DNA of 63,979 nucleotides, the filler included, from Diploschistes diacapsis (lineage: Eukaryota), in the NCBI GenBank assembly GCA_023645945.1. It is 4 parts of 4 records of this genome, joined end to end, with 100 filler letters (N's around TTAATTAATTAA, not from the genome) between each part and the next. Parts side by side here need not be neighbours in the genome. Positions count along the whole stretch, not along the records: positions 1 to 16,230 come from JALAIB010000518.1; positions 16,331 to 32,499 come from JALAIB010000519.1; 2 more parts are not named here. The stretch is one strand, 5' to 3'. The notes below the pieces were generated by a model. It was given only the letters and a program-made list of their open reading frames with translations, was not told the DNA's origin and searched no databases. Position numbers and translations under genes: made by a program. Each line of letters starts with the position of its first letter. Positions within the stretch are counted from its first letter, which is position 1. Shown here in pieces: positions 10,376 to 22,805 of the stretch.

Positions 10376-13300
10376 TGCCTTGTCGCGGTCGCATTCGAAG
10401 CAGAGACGTTGGACGTCTCCGAGGCCGCTAAATGGTAACATCTTCTTGAGCCGTGCAGCTCGAAAGGCGGCGATCTTGTCGTACGTTTCATCAGCCTGGA
10501 AATGGCCTGGAAAAATTCACGGCAGCAAGCAGCATTCATGGCCGTTTGCCTACCATCAGATTACCATCATCGTTACTCCCATAGCCCACATCACGCATTT
10601 CTGGCGTTGTCTGATACTTGTCTCTCCGCTGCATTCTTCTGGGGTGGTTATGGTGCATTTCCCCTGGGGGCGTTACTGCATTGTAGAGCATAGGTTGTGG
10701 TCCACGGGACTGGCACTGGAAATGACTGATTGATTCTCCGATAGAACTATTACTTGGTGAGCGTATTTTGTGTCAGTGATCTCGTGCTTTAACATGTCTC
10801 TTTATTGCTGCTGGGTCCTTGACTCTTGGAAGCAGTAGGGTTGGGTGCATATACTTGTTCAACTGCGCCGCGTGATCAAGGTGGTCGGAGCTCCGATGGC
10901 GCTTCTCTTGTAGGATGATGAAAGAGAGGGATTGCGGTACAAAGCACTTGCTGGCAGAGTATTGCTGAAGAGCCAATGTGGCGGCTTCTTGGAGGAAGGA
11001 TGGCATACAGGCAATTGACTGGGAGGCAGATGGTCGGTATTTTCCAGCTCGGCAATTGAAATATATGTGTGGATAGCCCCTTTTTGATGTGGATCGTTAG
11101 ATGGGGAATCTGGAAAGTCAGCATCTTGATTTATTTAGTCAGCCGTTATTCTTCTATAAACGCCACTATTCTTGCGTAACCTGCTGCTGCCGGAGCGCGC
11201 TTCAAGTGTCGTTTCAGCGCAAGGGATACCGAGGTTGGGAACCAAAGGCCGCGCCCATGTCTCCATGCTGCCTGGCTAAGCTTCTCTTTGTCGAGAGCCT
11301 ACTGCCGTTGTTTGATGGGAGTCCGCTAACTCGGGAGGTTACCACATCGTTGCGTTTGGCGATCGACTCTTGTGCCTCCGCCCGTGCTGTTGGAGTGCTT
11401 CAGCACCATCTTGCTGTAACCTGAAGATGGTCATGGCCACGCTGGAGCGTCCCTGAGCCACTCCAGCATTGTTGTAGTGTTATTCGAAACTGATTAATCA
11501 TCGAAGAACATGTAGTATTATGGCTTAGGCGGGGAATATCTGCGCTCCTGCTTGTTGCTGACTGGGGCGAGGACAAGGCGGTCGAACTTTCGAGCAGCAT
11601 GTGACTCGGTGTCGGAGTACTTTCTGTGGGCAAAAAGCGGTTACGAGAAGGGGAGGGACTGGGTTTGATCACATGTAGTCGACTTCCATTTTGCAGTCCT
11701 CTGTTCTTAATGATATTGCTCCACGGTAGGTTGACGTCGGACATGCGTCAGACCCCTCCATTAGGGAGTTTGTACCTGCATCTTCTGCACTGCAGGTACG
11801 CTTCGAGCCGTTTGCTCGGGGCTGATAGCGCGGGGCTCCGGAGAATGGCGCAGCAATCACCTTCTGAATGTGGTAGTTCCATAGAAGGTTCCAACGCTCG
11901 GTTCTCTGTTCTGGTTCAGGCACGAGTTCCGACGAAGCAGGAGCCTGCAGATTACACTAACAGGAGGCTCGTGAAACTAGCGTTCCTCGACGGTCTCAGC
12001 CCCTTTTTGGCCAAGCAATGTAGTTGAGGTCGTTAAACCTTGGATAATAGAGCTTATACGTCCGTCTTTGCATCGGGATGCTGGCCTCGATATGACCAAT
12101 TGACACGCGGTATGCAGGTCCCAAATTGGAGTGCTGCCAATTGCTTCCAAAGCAGGACAACTAAGTGGTAAAACCAGGATACATTGGCCAGTCACCACAA
12201 CCCTGCTGAACGACACATGCGCACGTGCAGCAAATGCTGCCCCTAACCCATTCTCAAGCGCTTGTCGCCACGTCGTGAGTAAATCATGAAATATTCATTT
12301 CAGTAGGACTGACGCAGTCTTATTTCACGAGTGGATGATTTATGGTCAGCGTGTCACCGATACTGGTGGATCTGTTCGAGAGATTAGAGATTTTGCGCAA
12401 GAGGAACTTCTGTAGTACTATTGGTCTTGCTTGGGAGAGATGATATGTGATGCTACTAAAAGCTTCGGCCAATGACAGCAGCGGGACAGAAGCCCGAGGT
12501 CTCACTAGCCTCGCCCCCTGAGACGATTCGGAAGCGAAAGCCGTATTCAGTACGATGCTTTGCATTTCCCTCCTGTTTCGGCAGCCCGAATGAAGGAGTT
12601 AGCGATGCAGTTGGTTAAATGCCCCTTAGAATGCGAAAAGCTGCGCAATATAGGAAACAGCTTGCTTACGGCGTTGCAATTGTAATACGGCTGCGACCGC
12701 CCGTGGATGGCTCGCCGTCAACCGTCAGCGTACGTTGTACTGTACAATATGCCCCGGTCTCCTAAAGCCTTATCAAAGCTTCTTGTCCACACTGGTGTTC
12801 TCCTCCGGGATATACATTGGAATTGTGGGGGGTCAAGTGCCCCTTGCTGACCTGAGCGTTTATGACAAATGGATGAGTGTTGGCCAAACAGCTGGTGACC
12901 CGACCTCGGTGGTCGCAATTTAAAGATAGATTGAATGCCGCTTACAACTGCGCTAGATCAGGAGAGAGATATGTGATAAAGCTCCGCAGCAACTTCAGAG
13001 TCCTGATGGAGGTTTTAAAACATTCCGTTTCGGTTCTCACATCACTCTCTAGGGCTCTCCCGAACGGGAGTATTCTATCCTCTGGCTTGTGAAGTGCAGT
13101 AATGACCTCATGATACAAGTTGCGGCCCAAGAAATATATCGCCTGCCAGAGGCTTAGAGGGTGCTGAATGCTAGATTGTAGTCTGTACACCATCAATTCG
13201 ATCGTGTCCTTCAAGATACTTGCCGAAGGCCTGGTTGGCTAGTCTCGCGTCCTGCATGGCACCACAAGATTACACAGAATGCCGGGCAGAGGGGAGGTTG

Positions 13301-13975
13301 CAGTAATAGCAGTGTAGATCACACAAAAGAATGAAATGAAATGTTGGTTGTAGGCAGGCGGTTGGTCGAATGGCAGTAGGGCTGAAAGAACCCTCGGTTT
13401 TAGGAGATAACAGATGACACCGCCTACAAGTTACAAGTTACAACCTACAAGGCTACTAGTACTACATGTCTCCTATGATTAGTAGTACTATCTCCTATCT
13501 CGGATCAAGCATTACCTCCTGCCTGCCTATCCACCTTTTACCTCCGTCTAGCTATCGCGGAGCCTCCATTGGTTGGTGCTCTCCTGCTCTCCTGCTCTCC
13601 TGCTCTATTACTATTTCCCCACTCCAAGAACAGCCCTTGATGCTTAGCAGGACGCAGGAACAAGACGCACTAATCCAAAAAGCACCTTACCACCCTCTCT
13701 TTGCTAGCTCATCGTTAGAGCCCGATGGTGTGTGCCTGTTTCATTGGGCATCCACAGTCGCAACAACCCCTGGCCCTTCGCTCAACGGCCGTAACCTAAC
13801 GAGTGCCTGTGCCTCAGGGGATGTATGGCGTAGGTGAATTCCGGATCGGATGTCGACACAACTATCTCGGATTAGCCGTGTTCGCCATCTGATTGAGCGG
13901 ATTGCCTTCTCTTTTTGAATTGCCCCGTTTGGCGAAATCATAGCGATGAGCTTCGAACGGTAGGCTGAATATCTC

Positions 13976-13982
13976 TATAAAA
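13976..13982 (+). promoter_or_regulatory. TATA box of the aspartic protease gene
   Basis: TATAAAA about 145 bp upstream of ATG 14123, followed by a pyrimidine-rich leader. Confidence 0.6.
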
Positions 13983-14122
13983 GACATGCTGGTTTCCCTC
14001 CCTTCTTGTTCTTCATCAGCATCAGCTCCAACAGCACCTGATCTTCCTTCGTTAACAGTCATTCGCTTCGACTAACCAGCAGCTTTCGCTACAAGCTTCG
14101 ATCTTTGTGATATCCATCCACA

Positions 14123-15381
14123 ATGGTTCAATTCACCCTCGCAACGGTCTCGGCCTTTGCTGCCATCGCAGCTGCTGCCCCTGCCCAGCTCAAGGCCAGG
14201 AACAGTGGCTTCATTATCCACCAGTCTGCCAACCCCAGCTACAAGGCTAACGGTCCTGCCGCTTACGTCAAGGCTCTCAACAAGTATGGCGCCACTGAGA
14301 TGGCTTCCCAGGTCGTTAGTGCTGTGGAGGCTGCGTCCTCCGGAAGCGTGACCGCCTCATCTATCGACGGCGACACCGAATACCTCTGCCCCGTCACCAT
14401 TGGCAGCCAGACCTTCAAGCTTGACTTCGACACCGGCTCCTCCGACCTCTGGGTCTTGGGCCAGAGCCTCGCCGGCAACGGTGGTGGCCACACCTACTTC
14501 ACCCCCGGTTCTGCCAAGCAGGAGTCTGGCTCGAGCTGGAAGATCTCCTACGGTGATGGTTCCAGCGCCTCCGGCACCGTCTACAGCGACACCGTCAACA
14601 TCGGCGGCGTCACCGTCACCGGCCAAGCTGTTGAGGCTGCCACCGCCGCCTCCAGCGAGTTCACCTCCGGCTCTGGCGACGGTCTCGTCGGTCTCGCCTT
14701 CGACAGCATCAACACCGTCACCCCGACCCCGGCCAAGACCTTCCTGTCCAACGCCATCGCCCAGGGTTTGCCCAAGGCTCTCATGGCCGCCAGCCTCAAG
14801 TACCACGCCGCCGGCACCTACGACTTCGGCGCCATCATCGCCTCCCGCTACAACGGCACCATCACCTACACCAACGTCGACAACTCTCAGGGTTTCTGGG
14901 GCTTCACCCCCTCCGGCTACGCCATCGGCTCCGGCGCGACCGTCAACGGCGGCAACCTCAACGGCATTGCCGACACGGGCACCACCCTCATGCTCGCCCC
15001 AACCGCCGTCGTCCAGGCCTACTACAAGCAGGTTTCCGGTGCGTCCAACAACGCGCAACAGGGCGGCTACGTCTTCCCCTGCAACGCCAACCTCCCCTCC
15101 TTCTCCCTCATCATCAACGGCTACAAGGCCACCGTCCCCGGCAAGTACATCAACTTTGCGCCCATCTCCGAGGGCTCGTCCAGTAAGTCCATCTCCCCCT
15201 TGATTGTCTGCATTATCGTTCCGAATGCTAACCTTGACGTGCAGCCTGCTTCGGTGGTCTCCAGGCGACCGATGCCTCGCTCGGTCTTTCCATCTGGGGC
15301 GACGTCTTCCTCAAGAGCCAGTACGTCGTCTTCGACCGCACCCAGAGCACCCCCCGCCTCGGCTTCGCTCCCCAGGCATAA
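14123..15381 (+). CDS. Secreted pepsin-family (A1) aspartic protease, aspergillopepsin/penicillopepsin-like; intron 15183-15244
   Basis: Signal peptide and propeptide; catalytic [11 protein letters not shown] and IADTGTTL; flap ISYGDGS. The spliced end is [29 protein letters not shown]. Strong C-ending codon bias. Confidence 0.97.
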
Positions 15382-15865
15382 GCGGCTCTCGCTCTCCGCA
15401 CGATGGCGCGAGCCAGCCAGCCAGCCAGTTTCGACAGCACCTTGGATCTGGCGCGCCGATCGATCTCTAGTTGGACGACGGGAATGACTGCATTGGGCGG
15501 TGTTGGGTCGATTTGTCCAGGGGACTGGCAAACTGATTGTGGCGAAGGGTAGATGATGGATGATGACTTTGTTGCATTGTTGTGGATTCGAACGCCCTCT
15601 TTCCTCTGTGCATAATTACTTGGTTCCGCTTGCTACCTGTATCTACTACCGCTGCTGTTGTTATTATCGTTTTGGATTTACGTGGCCTGCACATAGAATG
15701 TATATGATCTTGTACCTCGAACGATCCACTACCTTGCAGTCCAGTGCTTTTGTACCGCGAACAGCTTCAGGCACCTCTGGCACGAGAAGGCTTTCTGATC
15801 CCCCCCCCCTCAGCGGGGAACCAATACTCCAGCTCCAGCTGCAGCTCCGGAATCGGGGGGGCCGC

Positions 15866-15889
15866 GCACACACACACACACACACACAC
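15866..15889. repeat. (CA)n microsatellite
   Basis: Uninterrupted CA run. Confidence 0.9.
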
Positions 15890-16230
15890 TGCCTGCAATT
15901 TCTTTCCATCTGCAGCTCATTAGATTATGTAATCAACCACACTTCAATCCCGAAACCCTCGCCTCACACAACCCAAATCCAGGGAGGGGCACACACCCAA
16001 ACCAAAAAAAAAAAAGAAAAGTGCCCTGCGAGATTAAGTTGTGCTGGGGCAGTGCGTGTATGTGGGTGACAAAACTCCGCAGCAGCAGTAACGTTTCGTT
16101 ACCGGTGGGTGCCCCTTTACCAAAATAAAAATTCCTGTGCAGCCCCAAGTTCCCATAACGGTTACGCCCAATCAACCGATCAGCCAATCAGCCAATCGAC
16201 CAATCGGAGTCCCCCCCTCATCAGTCATTC

Positions 16231-16330
16231 NNNNNNNNNNNNNNNNNNNNNNNNNNNNNNNNNNNNNNNNNNNNTTAATTAATTAANNNNNNNNNNNNNN
16301 NNNNNNNNNNNNNNNNNNNNNNNNNNNNNN
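16231..16330. other. Artificial contig spacer
   Basis: 44 N + TTAATTAATTAA (stops in all six frames) + 44 N. Confidence 0.98.
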
Positions 16331-16540
16331 TTATTATCTTTTTGGCTATAGAATAAGGAATATTTAGCCTATTGGCTATATTTTTTAGGATAACATCTGA
16401 TCTATATGCGTTTATAAGCTTAGAACGCTCCCAGAACTTCAAACGACGATATGGTGGCATTATTGTAGAAATAATAATAGGCATTTATTGTTTATTTGCA
16501 CCGATTTAACCGAGGGACCATTACTTTTGGACTAGTACTG
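16331..16540 (-). mobile_element. Left end of a Tc1/mariner (impala-like) DNA transposon, AT-shifted, cut by the contig end
   Basis: Minus strand reads TA|CAGTACTAGTCCAAAAGTAATGG (TA target plus CAGT-type TIR, terminus at 16540), then an HTH-like transposase start MPPYRRLKFWERSKLINAYRSDVILKNIANRLNIPYSIAKKII. TpA-rich. Confidence 0.75.
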
Positions 16541-17160
16541 TACATGCATACATTACGGAGATAGTCTCGCGTCTCTGCCTTTGGAAGCCATCGTCGAAGA
16601 AGCACGGTAAACAAGTGGCTTCTCCATCTGGGACACGTATAACTCAACTTAGTCTAACATGCAGGTAGCTTGCGTTTTTCTCAGACGCACCGACTCGCGC
16701 GTTTTGCGTAAGATCAAAAAAAATATCAAAAGCGTATCACGGTGCTCGGCTAACTCATCAGGACTTCATTCAGCTCAATTGAGTGGGAACGAGGAATCAT
16801 TATATAAGAGAAGAAGGGGAAGAAAAAAAAAAGCAAATAACAGCAGAAAAGGTCTGCATCGCATCACGCTGAAGAGCACCCCTATGGTATCTTTGTATGC
16901 CAGCCTGCCCGCCTCTAAAAAAAAGCCGAATTTCCGTCGCTTGTCCGTCTGAACTTCATGATAATTTTAGAAAAATAGGGAAGGAAAGTCAACATGCCCA
17001 TAAAACCTAAATGGCTGTTATAGCGGGAAAGGCGTATATCGAGTTCATATGCGCATCCATCTCCTTTCCCAGCTCCTACTTTCGGTTTCCTGGTCTCCTC
17101 GATTGCCCCTGTTTGGCATCATGTCGAAAGTCGTTGAATGGAAAAAAACTTTTCCTGCGT

Positions 17161-20100
17161 TCAAACCCTATGCGGCGCCATATCATCCGGCACCTCCATC
17201 TGTGCATCACCCATCAGCGGCTCTGCTTGAGTATTACTACTCCCCCTGCTCACACCCCCACTCATGCTCCGTGCCATCCTCAGCGTCGAGCCAGACTCCG
17301 CCCTGGCCTTGTGGCCTCTGCTCAGTGGCTCGTCGCTCTGCGGCCGGCGGTTCTCGTCCTGTAATGTCGCGCTGTGCGGAACGCTGCGCTCTGGCGTGCC
17401 GTTTTCGCTCGTCCCCATCGCCGGGTCCGAGGCTATGTGTTCGTAGCTGATGTTCAATCCTTCCAAATTCAGGCCTGGGTGATCAGCGCCGGGAGGCTCG
17501 TCCTTTAATGATCGGCCATCGCTGGTATGGTTGACGTCGATACCCATGTTCATCAGGGCGGGAGGACGCTGCTTCATCTGCTGTGCCTTCCCGAGACTAA
17601 TGGTTTTCTGGGAGTAGGTGCTGGACACGGGCTTGGTCTCGTCGCGGTCAATAGATGCCTTCTTGAGTGCCAGGAACCACTCGCGACCTTCCTTGTAATT
17701 GTCGACGGCGAAGTAGTGAACCGCCGGCCTCGTGAACTGGACTGCTTTGGAGAGGCCTGCCCGAGGCGGAACGAGCTTGAAGAAGAAGGGGCCACCGACG
17801 TTTTTCTCGGGGTTGTGCAGCACGTCGTTGGCCTCGGCAGCGGCGGGCGCGTTTGCTGGGGAACTTGGATTGCTTTTGGTACCGGCTAGAGTAGAATAGA
17901 GGCTGGTCATAATATCGTTCTCAACGAACATTACTCTATGGGAGTTGATGTCGATCAAGCCCTTCTCAATTTTGTCATCTAGCGAGTAATAATAGGAGAG
18001 TCGCCTATCCCGGAGGACGAAGAAACGCGACTTGAAGGCACTTGTCATCTTGGCAGATTTCTTGTGCATCCAGCCGCTATGACTGCAGTTCTCCATTGCT
18101 TTCTGAGGTGACAATACCATCAACGACTTGTAGGCGCTTGTCTCTTTCTTGGTTTTAGCCTTCTTGAGAGCAAGGGAAGACGTTCTGCTAGCGGGTAAGA
18201 CCGTCAACATCTTGTTCGTGTCGACTGTGTTCTCAAATTCGAAGCTCTTGGAAGCGGCAGAATTTGAGGTTGACCACGTGCGAGTAGGTGATTGTAGCGG
18301 CACCTCTCTGATTGGCGATGGTAAAGAGGTTGGCGATGTTATCTGGGACTTATCGATGCCGCCGCCAGGGGTGTCCAATGTGCTTCTGATACTTGTTCTA
18401 AACTTGTTTGTCACTTGTTGCAAGGGTGCGAACCCATCCGACTTCGTAGCTGGCGAAACAGGATTAGATTTGGTATTAATAGAGGTTGGCGACTCAGAAT
18501 AATCTAATTTCGTAACGAGTGGAGTCGATGTATTTGGCCCTGAGCTGGGGAGAGTCGCTACCGAGGAATTGGTATCTTTGAGACTCTGCGTCCTTGCCCT
18601 GGCTTTCAAAGCATCGTTCGAGCTTTGCCGTCCACCGGAGCCTGTAACGGAGGCAATGGCTTCCATGATGGATCCTGCGCTTCCGAAGCGAGAGTGCCTT
18701 TTTGACACGGACAGGCCACCTGCTTCCTTGTGACTGTTCTGTCGAGAATGGCTTGCGCTTCCTGGGTGGTTCTTTCGTAAAACATTTCGGTTTCTTCTGG
18801 TTTCCGCCTCACCGCTCGAGAGATATCCCCGATCAGACTCTATTGGGTTCCCGTTCTCGGTACTAGGGGTAAGCGCATTTCGATCAATACCGATTGGTAA
18901 CCCAGGGCCTGTCATTCCAAGCGCAGACAGACCAAGCATCGTCGAGGCACGCGTCTGCGCCGCACTCGTAGGAGGGGGAAAAGCACTCATGGTCCAATTC
19001 CGATCGAACGACGGCTCTTTCTTATGCCCGACTGAAGGGCTCGTCTCCGGTGTTGCGCCCGTCGGGGTGAGCATGGAATCCGCGCCTCCTGATTTTGAGA
19101 AATCAACGGAAGAGTGTCGTCGCGAGTGGTTATAGTCCCGAATGGATGCAGCAGAAGGTCGACCCGTAGCATCTGAAGAATAGATCCTCGGCACGCCAGA
19201 AGCCTCTCCCTCCATGCCAGAAGAGAATGGTTCGGAGATTATTCTGGGGCTGTTGTGCCGGGAATGCCTTAGTTGAGGAGAGCGGTTGATATAGTATGGC
19301 GACCTAGGGAGCATCGAGCCATTTGTACTTGCTTGGCTAATGCTAGCACTTCCGCCAACACTGCCGCCAACTGATCCTTCCGTCTCGAGGGTACCATCTT
19401 CGCGCAGCCGACCTTTGGCCAACTTGACTTCGTCTTGAAAAGCTTTAATCTTGTGCCACGTTGCAAGTCTACGGCCCACTGGCCCCAGGTCGAGTTCCTT
19501 CATGAAGATGGAAGATTTATCGATATTCAGAAGTACCTCACCAGATATTTCTTGCTCTTTGAAAATCTTACAGTGCTTTCCCTCCACACCGAGATCACGC
19601 AAGTATTCTGCGACCTGTGTCGGAGACCATTGGTTAACTTCTGCCTCGGCGAGTGGGCTGGCTTCTTCTTCGTCGGTTTCGTTACCCGTTATATGAGATA
19701 ACCGATGTCCGATCTGGCTGCTGTACTCACTGGCAGAATCGTTGGTATTCCTCCGAGCAGATGCCGGCAGGCTGGATCGAGGTGTATTCATGTCCGTAAT
19801 GTGCTCGTCGATAACGCTCAGGGTCTCATTCATCACTGGACTTTCTTCCCCATGGAGCCTGTTATTGTCCATGACCATACTGATGCTACGTTGCGTGTTC
19901 GATGCGCCTGCCAAAGGTTGCTGCGAATACCCACTGCTCGGTGCAGAAACGGCTCGCTGTAGGACCGTTGGAGTATTGAGCGGAGCTGGAGTATGTTCTT
20001 CGATAGAGGCGTCTGGCATGGACTGTTCTTGTGGAGATTGGTCTATCTGGTTGCTGTCTTGACCAAGAACGCCGAAGATGCTTGACGTGGGCGCATTCGA

Positions 20101-20544
20101 AGGAGGAGAGCTACCGGAACGAGATGCACGGGCGGTGCTCTCCGAGGCTATAAATTTTGAGGCGAGCTTTGTGTACACTGTGCAACCAGACATGGTCATT
20201 GAGGGAACAATATCCGGCGCTTGTAGCGCTACTTACCCTCTGGAAACAGCCCGGTCCTTCCATCCTGCAGATGCTTGCCGAGATACCACCCGTCTCCAAA
20301 ATCGTCATCTCTTTCTATGAGCTCTATGCGATCACCGCGAGTAAGACTCAACTCGTCGGGACTACGAGCTTGAAAGTCATCTATGTAGAGCGTGCATTAG
20401 CATCTTCCTCCTTCAACAAAGTAACATTTCGCCTAAATGCAGGCATATGCTAACTATCCAAAGGCGACAGGACATACGGATGACCAGCAGAGTATCTCCT
20501 GGCGCGACGTTTTTGTTCGAGCCATCATCGTTCCTGAAAGCCAT
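17161..20544 (-). CDS. BOI2: Boi1/Boi2-type polarity scaffold (SH3-SAM-PH); join(20478..20544,20237..20380,17161..20177)
   Basis: Spliced SH3 LLVIHDFQARSPDELSLTRGDRIELIERDDDFGDGWYLG..GLFPEVY; SAM WSPTQVAEYL..FKEQEISGEVLL; PH SGWMHKK..FKSRFFVLRDRRLSYY. Exon lengths sum to 3228 nt, in frame. Confidence 0.92.
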
Positions 20545-20946
20545 CTTGTCGGCCGAGATTGCTGCCTTCATCCGGCACCGTTACGGTTTCTAAACGTAAT
20601 TAAGAATCTCTCATCATCGTTGAACCAAGCTGTTCTGAGTCGAAGGCCCTCAACACGCGACAGGAGATCGAGGTTCAGAGAAGGGGTATGCTGCGGAGCT
20701 TGCTCGCTCAAGCCTTCTCTGATTGGTACTGGAGGATCGAGCTTCTCTATGGTAGTGTGGGGCGGGTGAGTGGGATTTGGGAGCTGGACAGCGCTGGGGT
20801 GGTGGTGAGAAGGGAGGTACTATGGTTCATGCATGTAAACTTAAGAGAGAAAATGGAGTGAGTCGGAAGTGGAGAGACAATTTGCGTGGATAGAAAACGA
20901 TGATGGCCCATCAGACTAGTTGGGCGGAAAGGGCCAAATCCCACAA

Positions 20947-20948
<2 letters not shown>

Positions 20949-20980
<32 letters not shown>
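20949..20980. repeat. (TC)n microsatellite
   Basis: Uninterrupted TC run. Confidence 0.9.
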
Positions 20981-20984
<4 letters not shown>

Positions 20985-21229
20985 TTTACCCCGTGCCCCA
21001 GTCAGTGCTGGTCTTTAGCCTGGGTGTCTCAACAGGGAGCCTTTTTTGGTGGCCTTCTGCGGTGTCTGCTGAATGCTCAGTGCTGTGTCACCTATTCATT
21101 GGTGCCAAGTACATAGAGCATCTTACAATTACAGAATAAGACTTGCCGCTAGGCGGAGCAGCTACCTTCTTCGTAGGAGTGAATTCCTCTGTCACTTCAA
21201 AAAATCTTTCAAGGTTAACTTCTTCCACA

Positions 21230-22015
21230 ATGACTACCGACCCTCCACCACCTGCTAGGAAGCAGAAAGTTGCAGAAGCAGAGCGTGCGCGTGAGCAGCA
21301 GCGGTTGCAGATGTCACAGCAAGAATCCAGAACTCCTCGTCAACAAACCACTGGATAGACAGGTATGTACAATCTCTGTATTTTCATTGCTCCTAGACTT
21401 ATCGTAGAAAGAATGTGTCTCAACGCATGCCCTACAGATTCAGTCTCATCAATATCTGGGCATAGAACCCCAATCTCAACTGCGTAGTCTCTTTAGTATC
21501 TTTCAACCGGCTGTTAACCGAAGACTATGGGGTTGCGATACTGGAACTCCTTTGTAGTAATATTGTTCGGTTATGGAATCCAAAAATAGCACAGCTTCCA
21601 GCTTTACCTCCAAAGGACAATTGTTCGCTGGGGCGGAACTGGAAACATCTGCACGTTCTTATTTGATAAGACGGTAATGGAGACTGCCACCATGAATGAT
21701 AGGATTGTGGATTATCTTGTCTCTGCAAGCGATGACTGCGCAATCTATCTTTGGAATCCCACTCTTGACACAAAGGCTGTGACCCGATTGCTTGGGCATC
21801 AAAAGTGGCTCAACCATGTCAGCTTTTCCCCTGACGGTCGATTGATTGCCAGCGTGGCCTTTGATAAGCTTTTCTGCAGATAGTAGACTGCTGGTGAGTG
21901 GAAGCAACGATAACACCCTAAAGACTTGTCTGGACAGAAAGACGAAGTTTTTGCGGCTGATTTCAGCCCTGCTGGGCAAAGAGTAGCCAGCCGAGATAAA
22001 GGACAGGGTTGTGAG
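21230..22015 (+). pseudogene. RSA4: Ribosome assembly factor Rsa4/Notchless (WD40) relic with multiple internal deletions
   Basis: Collinear fragments MTTDPPPPARKQKVAEAERAREQQ, ISGH, LWGCDTGTP, VRLWNPK, LVSASDDCAIYLWNP..RLLGHQKWLNHVSFSPDGRLIAS, FSADSRLLVSGSNDNTLK and DLSGQKDEVFAADFSPAGQRVAS, separated by stops and frameshifts. Confidence 0.88.
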
Positions 22016-22191
22016 CATAGACGACTATATCGACGTTTTCCTTTCAAAGTGAAAGCAGATTGTAAGCGACCTGTATTTAATTTGTCATAAACGCTCTGGG
22101 AAGTCTATTTGAAATGACGGAATCTCTACATAAGCAGTAGTATGTAATCCTAATAGTGCTATGACGGATCTGGATCCCGGGATTGAATTTG

Positions 22192-22218
22192 CTGGATCTG
22201 GATCTGGATCTGGATCTG
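22192..22218. repeat. (GGATCT)n hexamer repeat
   Basis: CTGGATCTGGATCTGGATCTGGATCTG, with another partial copy near 22165. Confidence 0.8.
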
Positions 22219-22805
22219 TCATAACATTCCTCATTAACCCATTTATCCCTAAGCTTGACCCCATTGGGAGGCCCGTTGTGCTAAGGGCTTGATTAGGGGC
22301 TCGACTGGGGGCGGGGGTCGTAGCACCCAAGCCAAACAGCAACCGGATATTGCGGAGAAAAGTGTCTTTAATAAGTATCCGGTAACAGGATCGATGGGCG
22401 CAATTCTGTACTTTTGGTGTGCTCCTCCGTAGCACCCCAAGTCAGACAAAGACAAAAGACGTGGTAATCCAGGAATTTGAAGAGGACTCTAGCTTTCTAG
22501 CCGAGGAGTGCATGTCGTTATTATTATCATGCCTAACTCTGGGATGCTCCAACATCATTGATTTTCTACCCCTACTTCCGACATTCATATTTGCCTTCCA
22601 GGAGTCGAATCAAGTACGCGACGCGACAACGGAAAGTTATTCAAGAACTTTCATGACATCGTCAATCTTAAGGAGTGAAGACAGAGATTCGCACTATGAA
22701 GCATTCAGGGATGCCCCATAGCAGGACACACCCTACTAAGGTATTGGTCTGGCGGTCTTCACGATTCTGGCATCAGTTACGGAGCCCTGACTGCGGTGCT
22801 CCATC

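Noticed and set aside
14357..15203. Long overlapping ORFs (233 aa minus, 267 aa plus) in the protease gene
   Set aside because: Expected from extreme C-ending codon bias; no independent coding signal.
15183..15487. ORF-track C-terminus of the protease (454 aa)
   Set aside because: Reads through an intron; splicing gives the conserved [13 protein letters not shown] end at 15381.
16275..16286. TTAATTAATTAA palindrome recurring three times at ~16-kb spacing
   Set aside because: Synthetic six-frame-stop linker inside N runs, not a biological repeat.
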